Notes under the pieces: generated by a model | The model's database searches: none | Told to the model about the DNA's origin: nothing | The model's input: the letters and a program-made list of their open reading frames with translations, nothing else | Part shown: one piece after another, positions 1 to 9,536 of the stretch | How positions within the stretch are numbered: position 1 is the stretch's first letter | Layout of the letters: every line of letters starts with the position of its first letter | Made by a program: the position numbers and the translations under genes | Origin: Erysipelotrichaceae bacterium MTC7 | GTDB taxonomy: Bacteria > Bacillota_I > Bacilli_A > Erysipelotrichales > Erysipelotrichaceae | Reading direction: 5' to 3' | NCBI GenBank assembly: GCA_001695645.1 | Contig: LVZN01000001.1 | Location: forward strand, 210,001 to 242,000 | Length of the DNA: 32,000 bases

Positions 1-1
1 T

Positions 2-331
2 GATGATGCCATTGTCTTTGCCATGGCAAACCCAGTACCTGAAATTATGCCAGATGAGGCAAAAAAAGGTGGTGCCCGCGTGGTTGCAACTGGACGTAGT
101 GATTTTGCAAACCAAATCAATAACGTTTTAGTATTCCCAGGAATATTCAGAGGAACACTTGATGCTAGAGCAGGTGCCATTACTGAAGAAATGAAAGTTG
201 CTGCTGCTAAAGCTATCGCTTCTGTCGTAAAAGACGATGAACTAACAGAAGACTACATCATTCCAAACTCATTCAACAAAGATGTGGTAAATGTTGTTGC
301 TAACGCCGTTAAAGCAGAAGCCAACAAATAG
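2..331 (+). CDS. NAD(P)-dependent malic enzyme, C-terminal fragment (5' end lies outside the window)
   Basis: The frame is open from the window edge. DDAIVFAMANPVPEI...NNVLVFPGIFRGTLDARA matches the conserved C-terminal region of malic enzymes. TAG stop at 329-331. Confidence 0.8.
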   Translation, partial: DDAIVFAMANPVPEIMPDEAKKGGARVVATGRSDFANQINNVLVFPGIFRGTLDARAGAITEEMKVAAAKAIASVVKDDELTEDYIIPNSFNKDVVNVVANAVKAEANK

Positions 332-345
332 GCTGGAGAATCGCA

Positions 346-1194
346 ATGAAAGAAATAAGCGTAACCCGAATTCGTGATGCAGTCACGAAAATGGTGCAGG
401 ACATAAATGTAAATTATCCTAAAGATATTTATCAGTTACTAAAAGCAGCAAGCGAAAATGAAAGCTCGCAATTGGGAAAAGATACCTTACAAATTCTACT
501 TGATAACGCAGATATCGCTGCTAATGAGCATATCCCCGTTTGCCAAGATACGGGAATGGCAATCGTCTACGTCAAAGTTGGACAAGATGTCCACTTAATC
601 GATGGCGATGTCACACAAGCTGTCAATGATGGTGTTGCTGCTGGATATGAAGCAGGTTATTTACGTAAGTCTGTGGTGGACGACCCTTTATATGACCGTA
701 TAAACACAAAAAACAACACGCCAGCCATTGTATACACAGAGATTATTCCTGGTGATGATGTGATTGTTGAAGTCAAAGCCAAAGGTTTTGGTTCAGAAAA
801 CAAAAGCACACTAACCATGCTAACGCCAGCTGATGGAGAAGCAGGTGTTATTCAAACCGTACTCGATACGATTAGAAATGCAGGACCTAACGCATGTCCA
901 CCAATGGTCGTTGGTGTTGGTATTGGCGGAAGTTTTGACTATGCTGCAGTTCTAGCTAAAAAAGCTTTATTCCGTGACGCAACGATACCAAACAGCAATC
1001 CAAAATATGCTGCACTGGAAAAGAAGTTATTAAAACTAGCGAATGAAACAGGAATTGGCCCTCAAGGGTTTGGCGGAGATACAACTGCACTTGCAATCAA
1101 TGTTGAATATTTCCCGACGCATATCGCTGGCTTGCCAGTTGCAGTTAATATTTCTTGTCACATCACAAGACACGCAAAGGAGATTCTATCATGA
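346..1194 (+). CDS. Fe-S (class I) fumarate hydratase / L(+)-tartrate dehydratase, alpha subunit
   Basis: 282 aa with the PVCQDTGM motif typical of the Fe-S hydro-lyase alpha domain. GGAG lies upstream of the ATG. The TGA stop overlaps the next start (ATGA at 1191-1194). Confidence 0.85.
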   Translation: MKEISVTRIRDAVTKMVQDINVNYPKDIYQLLKAASENESSQLGKDTLQILLDNADIAANEHIPVCQDTGMAIVYVKVGQDVHLIDGDVTQAVNDGVAAGYEAGYLRKSVVDDPLYDRINTKNNTPAIVYTEIIPGDDVIVEVKAKGFGSENKSTLTMLTPADGEAGVIQTVLDTIRNAGPNACPPMVVGVGIGGSFDYAAVLAKKALFRDATIPNSNPKYAALEKKLLKLANETGIGPQGFGGDTTALAINVEYFPTHIAGLPVAVNISCHITRHAKEILS

Positions 1195-1715
1195 TTCATT
1201 TGGAACTTCCCTTAACAAAAGATAAAATCAAAGACTTGAAAACAGGTGATTTAGTGTATCTAAGCGGACAATTGTATACAGCAAGAGACGCTGCACACAA
1301 ACGCTTATTTGAAATGATTCAACAAAATCAACCCTTACCTTTCGATTTGAAAGATGCAACGATTTACTATGTGGGACCTACACCAACGATGCCTGGTCAA
1401 ACCTTTGGTAGTGCTGGACCAACAACCTCAGCACGTATGGATCCATATGCACCAACGTTATACGATTTGGGTGTGTCATGTACCATCGGCAAAGGATATC
1501 GTAGCAAAGTGGTGCAAGATAGCGTTGTAAAAAACCAAGCCATCTATGCTGTTGCCATTGGTGGAGCTGGTGCACTTTTAGGAAAGTGTGTCAAAAAAGC
1601 AGAGCCAGTTGCCTTTGAAGATCTTGGAGCTGAAGCAATTTTAAAACTAACAGTTGAAAACTTCCCGATTACAATTGCCTTTGATACGCAAGGCAACAAC
1701 TTATACGAAGACTAA
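1191..1715 (+). CDS. Fe-S fumarate hydratase / tartrate dehydratase, beta subunit
   Basis: Start placed at ATG 1191 (SD AAGGAG at 1177-1182) rather than the track start 1155. GPTTSARMD and YAVAIGGAG are typical of the beta (C-terminal) domain. Translationally coupled to the alpha subunit. Confidence 0.85.
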   Translation: MIHLELPLTKDKIKDLKTGDLVYLSGQLYTARDAAHKRLFEMIQQNQPLPFDLKDATIYYVGPTPTMPGQTFGSAGPTTSARMDPYAPTLYDLGVSCTIGKGYRSKVVQDSVVKNQAIYAVAIGGAGALLGKCVKKAEPVAFEDLGAEAILKLTVENFPITIAFDTQGNNLYED

Positions 1716-1720
1716 ATACG

Positions 1721-1752
1721 AAAGCCGATTCTTTGCAGAACCGGCTTTTTTT
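1721..1752 (+). terminator. Rho-independent terminator after the fumarate hydratase genes
   Basis: Stem AAAGCCGATTC (1721-1731) pairs with GAACCGGCTTT (1738-1748) with one mismatch and a 6-nt loop, followed by a T run to 1752. It abuts the convergent TetR gene stop. Confidence 0.7.
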
Positions 1753-2344
1753 ATGCATGTGCAATTTCTGATGGAGAAAGAAAACGCGTTTGTGTTATCA
1801 TCTTGGCAATTTGTTCAGGTGATTCAATTGCACCTTTTCGTATCCATAGTAAAATAATAGAAACAACACCTGAAAGCAATATTTCATCAGCATAGTCTTT
1901 TGGTAAATGTTCTGTCCCTAATTTTAAGTTACTTGAATGACTAACTTTTTCTTTAATTACTGCTGAGATAATGGCTTTGAATTTTGCCACGAATTTTGGA
2001 TCCCCATGTTCACCAACCAGCGTTTCAATGAACGTAAATTCTTGTTTCACGTATTGCAACGCTTTTAAGATTTGTGAATAAGGAATAATATCCAATGGAT
2101 TATCCATTTCACTAAGTTCTACGTCCGTATCAAGAATTGCCAATAAATCTTGAATCAGTTCTTCTTGAAGTTTGTCCATCAAATCGTACTTATCCAAATA
2201 ATGTAAGTAAAACGTTCCACGATTGATCTGACTACCTCGTGCAATATCACTCACGCTTAATGCATCAAGCCCTTTTTCTTTTAATAATATCGTAAATGTC
2301 TGTTTAATTTTACTTGTCGTTTCTGTATGTCGCTGTTGACTCAT
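1751..2344 (-). CDS. TetR/AcrR-family transcriptional regulator
   Basis: The N-terminal HTH (LSVSDIARGSQINRGTFYLHYLDKYDL) is typical of TetR. Start set at ATG 2344, 8 nt after GAGG. The track start 2353 is a GTG with no usable SD spacing. Confidence 0.8.
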   Translation of the reverse strand: MSQQRHTETTSKIKQTFTILLKEKGLDALSVSDIARGSQINRGTFYLHYLDKYDLMDKLQEELIQDLLAILDTDVELSEMDNPLDIIPYSQILKALQYVKQEFTFIETLVGEHGDPKFVAKFKAIISAVIKEKVSHSSNLKLGTEHLPKDYADEILLSGVVSIILLWIRKGAIESPEQIAKMITQTRFLSPSEIAHA

Positions 2345-2386
2345 TTCCATCACCTCTTAAATGAACAAAACGGATGTTTTTGATTA

Positions 2387-2415
2387 TTGATGATTCGTTT
2401 CCCTCATTATATACT
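2387..2415 (+). promoter_or_regulatory. Candidate sigma-A promoter of the ABC operon
   Basis: TTGATG (2387-2392), a 17-nt spacer, then TATACT (2410-2415), about 45 nt upstream of ATG 2461. Confidence 0.45.
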
Positions 2416-2433
2416 AGGTGATATTAAAATCAA
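2406..2433 (-). promoter_or_regulatory. Candidate sigma-A promoter of the TetR gene
   Basis: On the minus strand: TTGATT (2433-2428), a 16-nt spacer, then TATAAT (2411-2406). Its -10 overlaps the -10 of the opposing promoter. Confidence 0.45.
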
Positions 2434-2460
2434 CACGTTGTTCATAAAGGAGGTTATTTT

Positions 2461-3162
2461 ATGAGTTACATTGAGATTAAAGATAGTACAAAACAATACA
2501 AAATGGGTGATAGTATAATCACCGCAAACGATAAGGTGAACTTCTCTATTGAGAAAGGTGAACTCGCCATCATCCTTGGTGCTTCTGGTGCAGGAAAAAG
2601 CACCATCCTAAACATTCTTGGTGGAATGGACCGCAACGATAGTGGTGATGTCATTATCGATGGAAACAACATTGCTACGTACGACTATAAACAGCTGATT
2701 ACCTACCGACGTAACGATGTCGGTTTCGTGTTTCAGTTTTATAACTTAGTTCCAAACTTAACCGCGAAAGAAAACGTAGAACTTGCAAGTGAAATTGTCA
2801 AAGATGCAAGCGATGCCGTTGAAGTGTTAAACAGCGTTGGTTTACAAGCAAGAATCAACAACTTTCCGACACAGCTTTCTGGAGGTGAACAACAACGGGT
2901 CGCCATTGCACGTGCAATTGCCAAAACCCCAAAGATACTACTTTGCGATGAACCAACTGGTGCGCTTGATTACAACACCGGTAAACAAGTCTTACAAATA
3001 CTCCAAGATATGTCACGCAAACATGGTGCCACTGTCATCATCGTTACACATAACGGTGCCTTAGCCCCAATTGCTGATCGTGTCATTCGTATGCGTGATG
3101 CAAAAGTACAAAGCATTGAAATCAATGAACATCCAAAAGCTATCAGTGAGATTGAGTGGTAG
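2461..3162 (+). CDS. ABC transporter ATP-binding protein (MacB/LolD/FtsE-like)
   Basis: Walker [10 protein letters not shown], signature [14 protein letters not shown], Walker [21 protein letters not shown] lies upstream. Confidence 0.9.
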   Translation: MSYIEIKDSTKQYKMGDSIITANDKVNFSIEKGELAIILGASGAGKSTILNILGGMDRNDSGDVIIDGNNIATYDYKQLITYRRNDVGFVFQFYNLVPNLTAKENVELASEIVKDASDAVEVLNSVGLQARINNFPTQLSGGEQQRVAIARAIAKTPKILLCDEPTGALDYNTGKQVLQILQDMSRKHGATVIIVTHNGALAPIADRVIRMRDAKVQSIEINEHPKAISEIEW

Positions 3163-3167
3163 TTGTT

Positions 3168-6100
3168 ATGAAAAAATTAGCCCTACGAAAGGAAATTGCT
3201 CGTTCCTTTAGCAAATCAAAAAGTCGATTCATTTCCATTATATGTTTAATGGCACTAGGTTCTTTTGCACTTGTTGGTTTAAAGGTAACAGGACCAGATA
3301 TGCGTACAAGTGGTGAACATTACTTTAACGAGCATAATACTGCTGACCTATCGGTTATTGCAAGTTATGGCCTTGATCAAAGTGACCAAGATATCATTAA
3401 TCAAGCAAATGCTGATGTCATTGCATATGGATATTTAAAAGATGTCACCATTGCAAATGAAGACACGGCAATTCGTGTGTTCTCAAATACAAAAGATGTT
3501 TCGACCTATGAGTTAACCAAAGGTAGATTTCCAAAAACAGATCAAGAAATCGCTTTGCAAAACAATATGCAAGAAACATATCACATTGGTGACACCATTC
3601 GTTTTCACGAAAAGAAAGATATAAGCGGAAAAACGGTGTTGAAACAACATCACTTCAAAGTCGTCGGTTTTATCAACTCTACAGAAATCATCTCTCAAGT
3701 AAACGAAGGTGAGTCAACTGCCGGTACTGGTGAACTTCGCCATTATGCTACCGTCATACCAACCGTCTTTGATAGCGATGTGTATATGATGGCTCGATTA
3801 TCGTATGCGGATGCAAAGCAATTGGATCCATATAGTGACGCCTATGCCAAGTGTGTTCTAAAACATAAAAATGAGTTGGAAGACTTATTAAAAACACAAC
3901 CACAAGCACGGTTTACTTCGGTTAAGGCAAATGTGCAAAAACAACTTGATGAAGGTAAAAACTATCTAGAAACATCACAAAGGACATTTGAAGATACAAA
4001 ACAACAACTCGATGATGCAAGTCAACAATTACAAGCAGGAAAACAAGAGCTTGCCAATCAACAAGCGGTATACAACCAAGCAATCCTTGATGGACAGCAA
4101 CAATTGGATCAAGCCAAAGAAGTTCTCACAAATAGTGAAGCAACACTACAACAAGGAAATATTGCCTACCAAAACAACTTGCGTGCATACCAAAGCAAAT
4201 TGAACACATTCAATACGAATAAACCCATGATTGAAGCGCAGATTGCAAACCTTGAAGCACAGCAACAACAATTGCTTGCAATCATCAACAACCCAGAGGC
4301 AAGCGATGAACAAAAAAACCAAGCCAGCGCTACACTTATCCAAGTGCAAGCGGGTATTGTTCAATACCAAAATGGATTACGTGAAACAGAAGCACAGCTA
4401 CAAGCGGCCAAAGCAAAACTAGATGTTGCGGCTAGTGAAATTCAACTTGGTGAACGTCAATTGCAACAAGGAAAACAAACGTATGACGATACACAAGCTA
4501 CATTCTTGGCACAGAAAGAAAGTGGAGCAACAAAACTTGCAGAAGCAAGCCAATTGTTACAAAGCAAGACGATGGAATTTGAAGCAAAACAAGCAGAATT
4601 TGCATCCAAGCGTCCGCAAATTGAAAAAGAATTGGCAGATGGTAAATCGAAACTTTCACAAATGGAAGAAAGTTTTGATGAATTAGAACAACCAACCTAT
4701 GCCATACAATCACGTAAAGAAACGCCAGGTTCGCAAGGCTACAAAATTTACGGTAGTATTGCCAGCATTGTAGATAGTCTTGCTAATGTATTTCCTATCT
4801 TTTTATACTTTGTTGCTGCGTTAGTTACCTTTACAACGATGACACGCTTTGTTGATGAAGAACGAATCAACCTGGGAACCTTAAAAGCATTAGGTTATGA
4901 AAACAAAGACATTCGTAAGAAGTTTACGTTATATGGATTATTGGCTGCATTAATTGGTACAACAATCGGTATCATCTTGGGACATGTATTGTTACCAATG
5001 ATTGTCTATCAAGCTTATAAGATTGGTTTTACAGTTCCAAAGATTGAACTTCACATGTATCCAGGTGTTAGTATTGTTGCAATTATCCTTTCCCTTATCA
5101 GTGCTGTACTACCAGCATACATGGTGGCAAGTCGTGAACTAAAAAGTCGTCCAAGTATTTTATTGCAACCAAAAGCACCAAAAGCCGGAAGTAAGATTTT
5201 GCTGGAACGCATCAAACCACTATGGTCATCTTTATCCTTTACGCAAAAAGTAACTGCAAGAAATTTATTCCGTTACAAGAAACGTGCATTTATGACAATC
5301 TTTGGGGTTTGTGGAGCCGTAACCTTACTGTTTGCAGGATTTAGCGTACAACACTCCATTTCTGGTATTGGTGAACGTCAGTTTGGAAGCATTATCAAAT
5401 ACGATATGATTGTCGCAAAAGACTCTACGATCCAATCTAAGCAACAAGAACGTTTAGATAAACAATTGGAAACTTCTCCAATAAAACGCAATATGCCAAT
5501 TAACTTTAAAGAAATGTCAATTTCACCAAATGCAAGTGGTGATAAGCAAGACGTAAAGATCATCATCCCTAGCGATGCAAACAAGTTAAATGACTATATA
5601 CGCTTGGATACACGAAAAGGTAAGACAACCATTAACTTGAAAGATGGCGGTGTCATTGTCAGTGAACGTTTAGCAAAATCACTTGATGCTACGATTGGAG
5701 ACACCATTACGATTCAAGATGCCAACAACAAAAACTATCAAATGAAAATCAATGGTATTTGTGAAATGTATATGGGTCATTTCGTCTTTATGAATCAAAG
5801 TACCTACCAACAAGTATTTAAGGAAACTTATACAAACAACGCATACTTTGTGCAATTACATGACCGTTCCATCACAAATGCAAATAAACAAGCGGCGAAA
5901 TTCGTTGATTTACCTGGTATCAAAGGTGTCGTTCAAAACACCACACTCATCAATCAAATTGATACCATCGTTCATGCCTTGGATATGATTATGGAAGTTT
6001 TAATTACGGTAGCAGCCTTACTTGCAGTCGTTATTTTGTACAACTTAACCAACATCAATATCTCGGAACGAATTCGTGAGTTATCAACTATCAAAGTGCT

Positions 6101-6380
6101 TGGTTTCTATGATAAAGAAGTCACTATGTACATATATCGTGAAACCATCATCCTAACAATTATTGGAATTCTTACAGGATTTGCCTTTGGACGATTCTTA
6201 CATCTATACATTCTACATGTCGTACCACCAGAAGATGTGATGTTTGATCCAACCACTGGTCCAAATGGATATCTTGTTTCTATCATTTTGGTATCCATTG
6301 TAACTTTCATTCTTGGTGTATTCGTCAACCGAAAACTACGCAAGGAAGATATGCTACAAGCCCTGAAATCAGTAGATTAA
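3168..6380 (+). CDS. Double FtsX-domain (MacB-type) ABC permease with a long extracytoplasmic coiled-coil insert
   Basis: Start set at ATG 3168 (MKKLALRK); track start 3156 is a GTG overlapping the upstream stop. There is an N-terminal TM segment and two FtsX-like TM blocks (about nt 4750-5150 and 5990-6340). Nt ~3870-4700 encodes a Gln/Ala/Leu/Lys-rich helical segment. Confidence 0.8.
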   Translation: MKKLALRKEIARSFSKSKSRFISIICLMALGSFALVGLKVTGPDMRTSGEHYFNEHNTADLSVIASYGLDQSDQDIINQANADVIAYGYLKDVTIANEDTAIRVFSNTKDVSTYELTKGRFPKTDQEIALQNNMQETYHIGDTIRFHEKKDISGKTVLKQHHFKVVGFINSTEIISQVNEGESTAGTGELRHYATVIPTVFDSDVYMMARLSYADAKQLDPYSDAYAKCVLKHKNELEDLLKTQPQARFTSVKANVQKQLDEGKNYLETSQRTFEDTKQQLDDASQQLQAGKQELANQQAVYNQAILDGQQQLDQAKEVLTNSEATLQQGNIAYQNNLRAYQSKLNTFNTNKPMIEAQIANLEAQQQQLLAIINNPEASDEQKNQASATLIQVQAGIVQYQNGLRETEAQLQAAKAKLDVAASEIQLGERQLQQGKQTYDDTQATFLAQKESGATKLAEASQLLQSKTMEFEAKQAEFASKRPQIEKELADGKSKLSQMEESFDELEQPTYAIQSRKETPGSQGYKIYGSIASIVDSLANVFPIFLYFVAALVTFTTMTRFVDEERINLGTLKALGYENKDIRKKFTLYGLLAALIGTTIGIILGHVLLPMIVYQAYKIGFTVPKIELHMYPGVSIVAIILSLISAVLPAYMVASRELKSRPSILLQPKAPKAGSKILLERIKPLWSSLSFTQKVTARNLFRYKKRAFMTIFGVCGAVTLLFAGFSVQHSISGIGERQFGSIIKYDMIVAKDSTIQSKQQERLDKQLETSPIKRNMPINFKEMSISPNASGDKQDVKIIIPSDANKLNDYIRLDTRKGKTTINLKDGGVIVSERLAKSLDATIGDTITIQDANNKNYQMKINGICEMYMGHFVFMNQSTYQQVFKETYTNNAYFVQLHDRSITNANKQAAKFVDLPGIKGVVQNTTLINQIDTIVHALDMIMEVLITVAALLAVVILYNLTNINISERIRELSTIKVLGFYDKEVTMYIYRETIILTIIGILTGFAFGRFLHLYILHVVPPEDVMFDPTTGPNGYLVSIILVSIVTFILGVFVNRKLRKEDMLQALKSVD

Positions 6381-6382
6381 AA

Positions 6383-6413
6383 AAAACGCTATATCGCTAG
6401 ATATGGCGTTTTA
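6383..6413. terminator. Bidirectional terminator between the convergent permease and addA genes
   Basis: AACGCTATATC (6385-6395) pairs with GATATGGCGTT (6400-6410) with a 4-nt loop. An A run lies upstream and a T run downstream. Confidence 0.7.
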
Positions 6414-9400
6414 ATTTACAGCAATTAATTTTGCTAGTTCAAATGAATAGATGTACGTTTCAATTTGCCTTTTAGGGTAAAGTACATGTAACGCTTTTTG
6501 GTAAGCTAGAATTTGTTGATGGTAGCGAGTATATAGCACTTGTTCATCGATTCCACGATCACTTTTATAGTCGATCATAATCACTTGGGTATCATTTATT
6601 GCAAGATAATCCATATATCCATGCATGATACCTTGTTCATCTTTCACCATAAAGGCAAACTCATGGTACACCTGATCAAAGTTGTTTGCTTTTTGGTACA
6701 GCGGTTCTGCTTGCAGTTGTTGCAAGACATGTATATCATGGCTTGTAAGTTGAATGGCTTCTTGAACTGCAACCTTTTCTAAGAGTTCTTGACTCCATGT
6801 TTCATCTGGTAAAACTTCGACCATCCGGTGCAAGTTTGTTCCTCTTTCAAATCCAACATCCTCCTGCAAAGAGAATGGTTGTGGTTTTTGGACAAACACT
6901 TCACTATCACTTGGCGAAGCAAAGAGTACTTCACTAGTTTGTTTGTTGTAAAACTTTGGTTGATAATGCACACTTTTCTGTGCTTGTTTTTCATTTTCCC
7001 ATACGGTATCCACAAAATGAATTTGATACAGCGAAGAATCCACATCATCCAACCCCATACGCATCCACCATAAAAATCCTTTGGTGTTGTAGAAGTTTTG
7101 GAAGTTTGCTTCCAATATTTGAGTTTCTTTACCAGTACCCACAACATGCATTTCACATTCTGCTCGTGTGATCGCAACATATAAGACACGCAATTCTTCT
7201 TCTAGTGAGCTGATGTATTGCTTATTTTTAATAGCAAGTTTGCTAATGTCGTTATACACTTGGTAGTTTTTTGTATCTACATAATCAATGGCAATTCCAA
7301 GCTCGTCATCACTTACTAAGAAACTGGATTTACTATTTTTACTTTCACCACTGACCAAGAAGACCACTTTAAATTCGAGCCCTTTTGACTTATGAATGGT
7401 CATTAAGCGGACCACATCATCACCTTCCCCTAATGGAAATGCTTCTGGTACTTTTAAGTTTTGTACTTGTTCAATGTAACGCAAGAACCCCTGAACCCCC
7501 ATCGCTTCTTCATTTTCCTTTTGACAAACTAATTCATATAACAAATCCAGATTTACTTTATCTTGCAAGCTTGTATATGTCATGTAGAAATCATGAGTCT
7601 CATAGATGGTTTTCATCGTTTTGCTTAAGGGTTGTTTGTAAAGTTGTTCACGCAGGTCATAAAAACTAGACAAACGCGCATCCTTCATAAAATACTGTGC
7701 ATACGACATATCTGTATCCTTGTGCAGTTTTGCATAAGCCAAATCATTTGCTGGAATTTGGTAGAAACACGATGTACATAAAGCAAGAAACTGGTGATCA
7801 TCATGCATATTCACCAACGCTTTTAAAAAGGATAAAACTGACGTAATGCTAACATTTTTATAAAAATCCTCAGCATTTGCATAGAAACAAGGAATTCCTA
7901 TCTCACCCAGTTCCTCGTTAATGCTTTTCATTTTTGCATTCCCACGGACAAGAATGGCAAAATCCTTAAATGCATATCCTTTTTCAGCTTTGATTTTAAG
8001 AATTTGGTTTGCGATATAGCTTGTTGTTAGATCTTTTGGTTTCTCAATCCAGTCATCACTTTTCTTAAGGTTTTTATCAATCACATGCAGTTGTACGGGT
8101 ACATTTCCTTCTTTTTGTTCGGGGCGCCCAACGCTCACCACATCATCACTTTCATAAGAGGATGAAAGACCTTCAATATTCATCAATGCTTGAAAGTATT
8201 GATTGGTAAATTCCACAATGCTTTCTTTACTTCGATAATTGTATTTAAAGAAAATAACTTCATTTTTTGCATCTGGTGTATCGATAAAGCCCTTCATGAT
8301 TTCAGGAGATGCGTTACGAAAGCCATAAATGGATTGTTTGATATCACCAACCCGAAACACATTATCCGTTTTTGCTATTAATTTAATTAAGGTATCTTGA
8401 ACGTCGTTACTATCTTGAAATTCATCCACCATAATCGTTTGAAATTGGTTGCGTAATAAGGCTGCAACATGATGTTCTTTGGCTTGTAGTATATCAATAG
8501 CATAATGTTCCATATCGGAGAAATCAATACATTCATGTTCAACTTTTGCTTGTGCATAATTGGCAAGAAACATCTTTGTTAAATCAATGAAATGGTGCAT
8601 CACATCAACATTTTCATTGTGGAATAAGACAAACTCTTTTTCACTAAACGCTTGTGCTAACAGTCGTCCTTCTGCGTCACCAATGGTTGTGTAATATCCA
8701 CTTTTGGTTTTTGCTGGTGATTTCACTTGAACAGTTGCTTGTAAAATTTTTCGGTACAGTTCATAATCACGAACTTCGATGGCTGCTTTGGCCTCTTCAT
8801 AGCGTGTTTGTTTAAGCAAATTGCTATCATCTTCAAATTCGTATTCAACGCGCTTTAAGGCATCTATAAGTAGATCCAATTCTAACGTAATTCCATAAAA
8901 GAAGTAATCTTGAATCATGCTTGGCAGTTGCACAATGTTGTCAATTTTTTCATAAGACGCACGACACTGTTCGATATACGTTTCTGGATTAGCTTTGGCG
9001 TTAACCACATTAGCAAATGTATAGATCGCATCTTCTAAACTTCCCAAGGTCTCTGGGCGATCACTAAATACATCTACAAATGAGGCAAACCATGGTTGTG
9101 TATATGCATACGCAAATACGTCGTTGAGTGCTTGGGCTTTCAACATACTTGCTTGTTGTTCATCCAATGGGTGATTGACCCGTTTTTTTGGTAAATCAAT
9201 CATATAGTAATATTCTTTTAAAATTCGCAAACAAAATCCGTGGATAGTTGAGATATTTGCACTTTCTAAATTTGCCAGTTGCTGTTTTAGAAATGGATCG
9301 TTTGTTTTAGCATAGGCTTCAGCCAATGCTTTTGCCAAACGTTTTTTCATTTCAGCTGCTGCTGCTTCGGTAAAAGTCATGGCTAATATTTCACTAACTT

Positions 9401-9536
9401 CAACTTTATCATCCACGATCAACGACATGAGTCGTTCAATCAGTACTTTGGTTTTCCCAGCTCCAGCACTTGCTGAAACAAGAATATTGGTATCACGTGC
9501 TGCAATTGCGCGTAACTGTTCCTTGTTTAGACTCAC
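6411..9536 (-). CDS. addA: ATP-dependent helicase/nuclease AddA (UvrD-like helicase plus C-terminal PD-(D/E)XK nuclease)
   Basis: Walker A ASAGAGKTKVL, helicase motifs (VDEFQDSN, TIHKSKGLEF) and a C-terminal nuclease motif (GYMDYLA...IDYKSD). The GTG start overlaps the addB TGA (GTGA at 9533-9536). SD GAGGAGGAG lies 5 nt upstream. Confidence 0.9.
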   Translation of the reverse strand: MSLNKEQLRAIAARDTNILVSASAGAGKTKVLIERLMSLIVDDKVEVSEILAMTFTEAAAAEMKKRLAKALAEAYAKTNDPFLKQQLANLESANISTIHGFCLRILKEYYYMIDLPKKRVNHPLDEQQASMLKAQALNDVFAYAYTQPWFASFVDVFSDRPETLGSLEDAIYTFANVVNAKANPETYIEQCRASYEKIDNIVQLPSMIQDYFFYGITLELDLLIDALKRVEYEFEDDSNLLKQTRYEEAKAAIEVRDYELYRKILQATVQVKSPAKTKSGYYTTIGDAEGRLLAQAFSEKEFVLFHNENVDVMHHFIDLTKMFLANYAQAKVEHECIDFSDMEHYAIDILQAKEHHVAALLRNQFQTIMVDEFQDSNDVQDTLIKLIAKTDNVFRVGDIKQSIYGFRNASPEIMKGFIDTPDAKNEVIFFKYNYRSKESIVEFTNQYFQALMNIEGLSSSYESDDVVSVGRPEQKEGNVPVQLHVIDKNLKKSDDWIEKPKDLTTSYIANQILKIKAEKGYAFKDFAILVRGNAKMKSINEELGEIGIPCFYANAEDFYKNVSITSVLSFLKALVNMHDDHQFLALCTSCFYQIPANDLAYAKLHKDTDMSYAQYFMKDARLSSFYDLREQLYKQPLSKTMKTIYETHDFYMTYTSLQDKVNLDLLYELVCQKENEEAMGVQGFLRYIEQVQNLKVPEAFPLGEGDDVVRLMTIHKSKGLEFKVVFLVSGESKNSKSSFLVSDDELGIAIDYVDTKNYQVYNDISKLAIKNKQYISSLEEELRVLYVAITRAECEMHVVGTGKETQILEANFQNFYNTKGFLWWMRMGLDDVDSSLYQIHFVDTVWENEKQAQKSVHYQPKFYNKQTSEVLFASPSDSEVFVQKPQPFSLQEDVGFERGTNLHRMVEVLPDETWSQELLEKVAVQEAIQLTSHDIHVLQQLQAEPLYQKANNFDQVYHEFAFMVKDEQGIMHGYMDYLAINDTQVIMIDYKSDRGIDEQVLYTRYHQQILAYQKALHVLYPKRQIETYIYSFELAKLIAVN

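Noticed and set aside
3988-4713. A cluster of 60-90-aa ORFs on both strands (3988..4203, 4146..4370, 4231..4422, 4423..4686, 4498..4713).
   Set aside because: All lie inside the CAA/GCA-rich coiled-coil coding segment of the permease. The low-complexity composition suppresses stops in other frames. None has an SD.
6540-8381. Antisense and alternate-frame ORFs within addA (for example 6779..7189, 136 aa; 7385..7669).
   Set aside because: They are fully embedded in a strongly supported helicase gene. They have no SD, odd composition (Cys/Trp/His rich) and no recognisable motifs.
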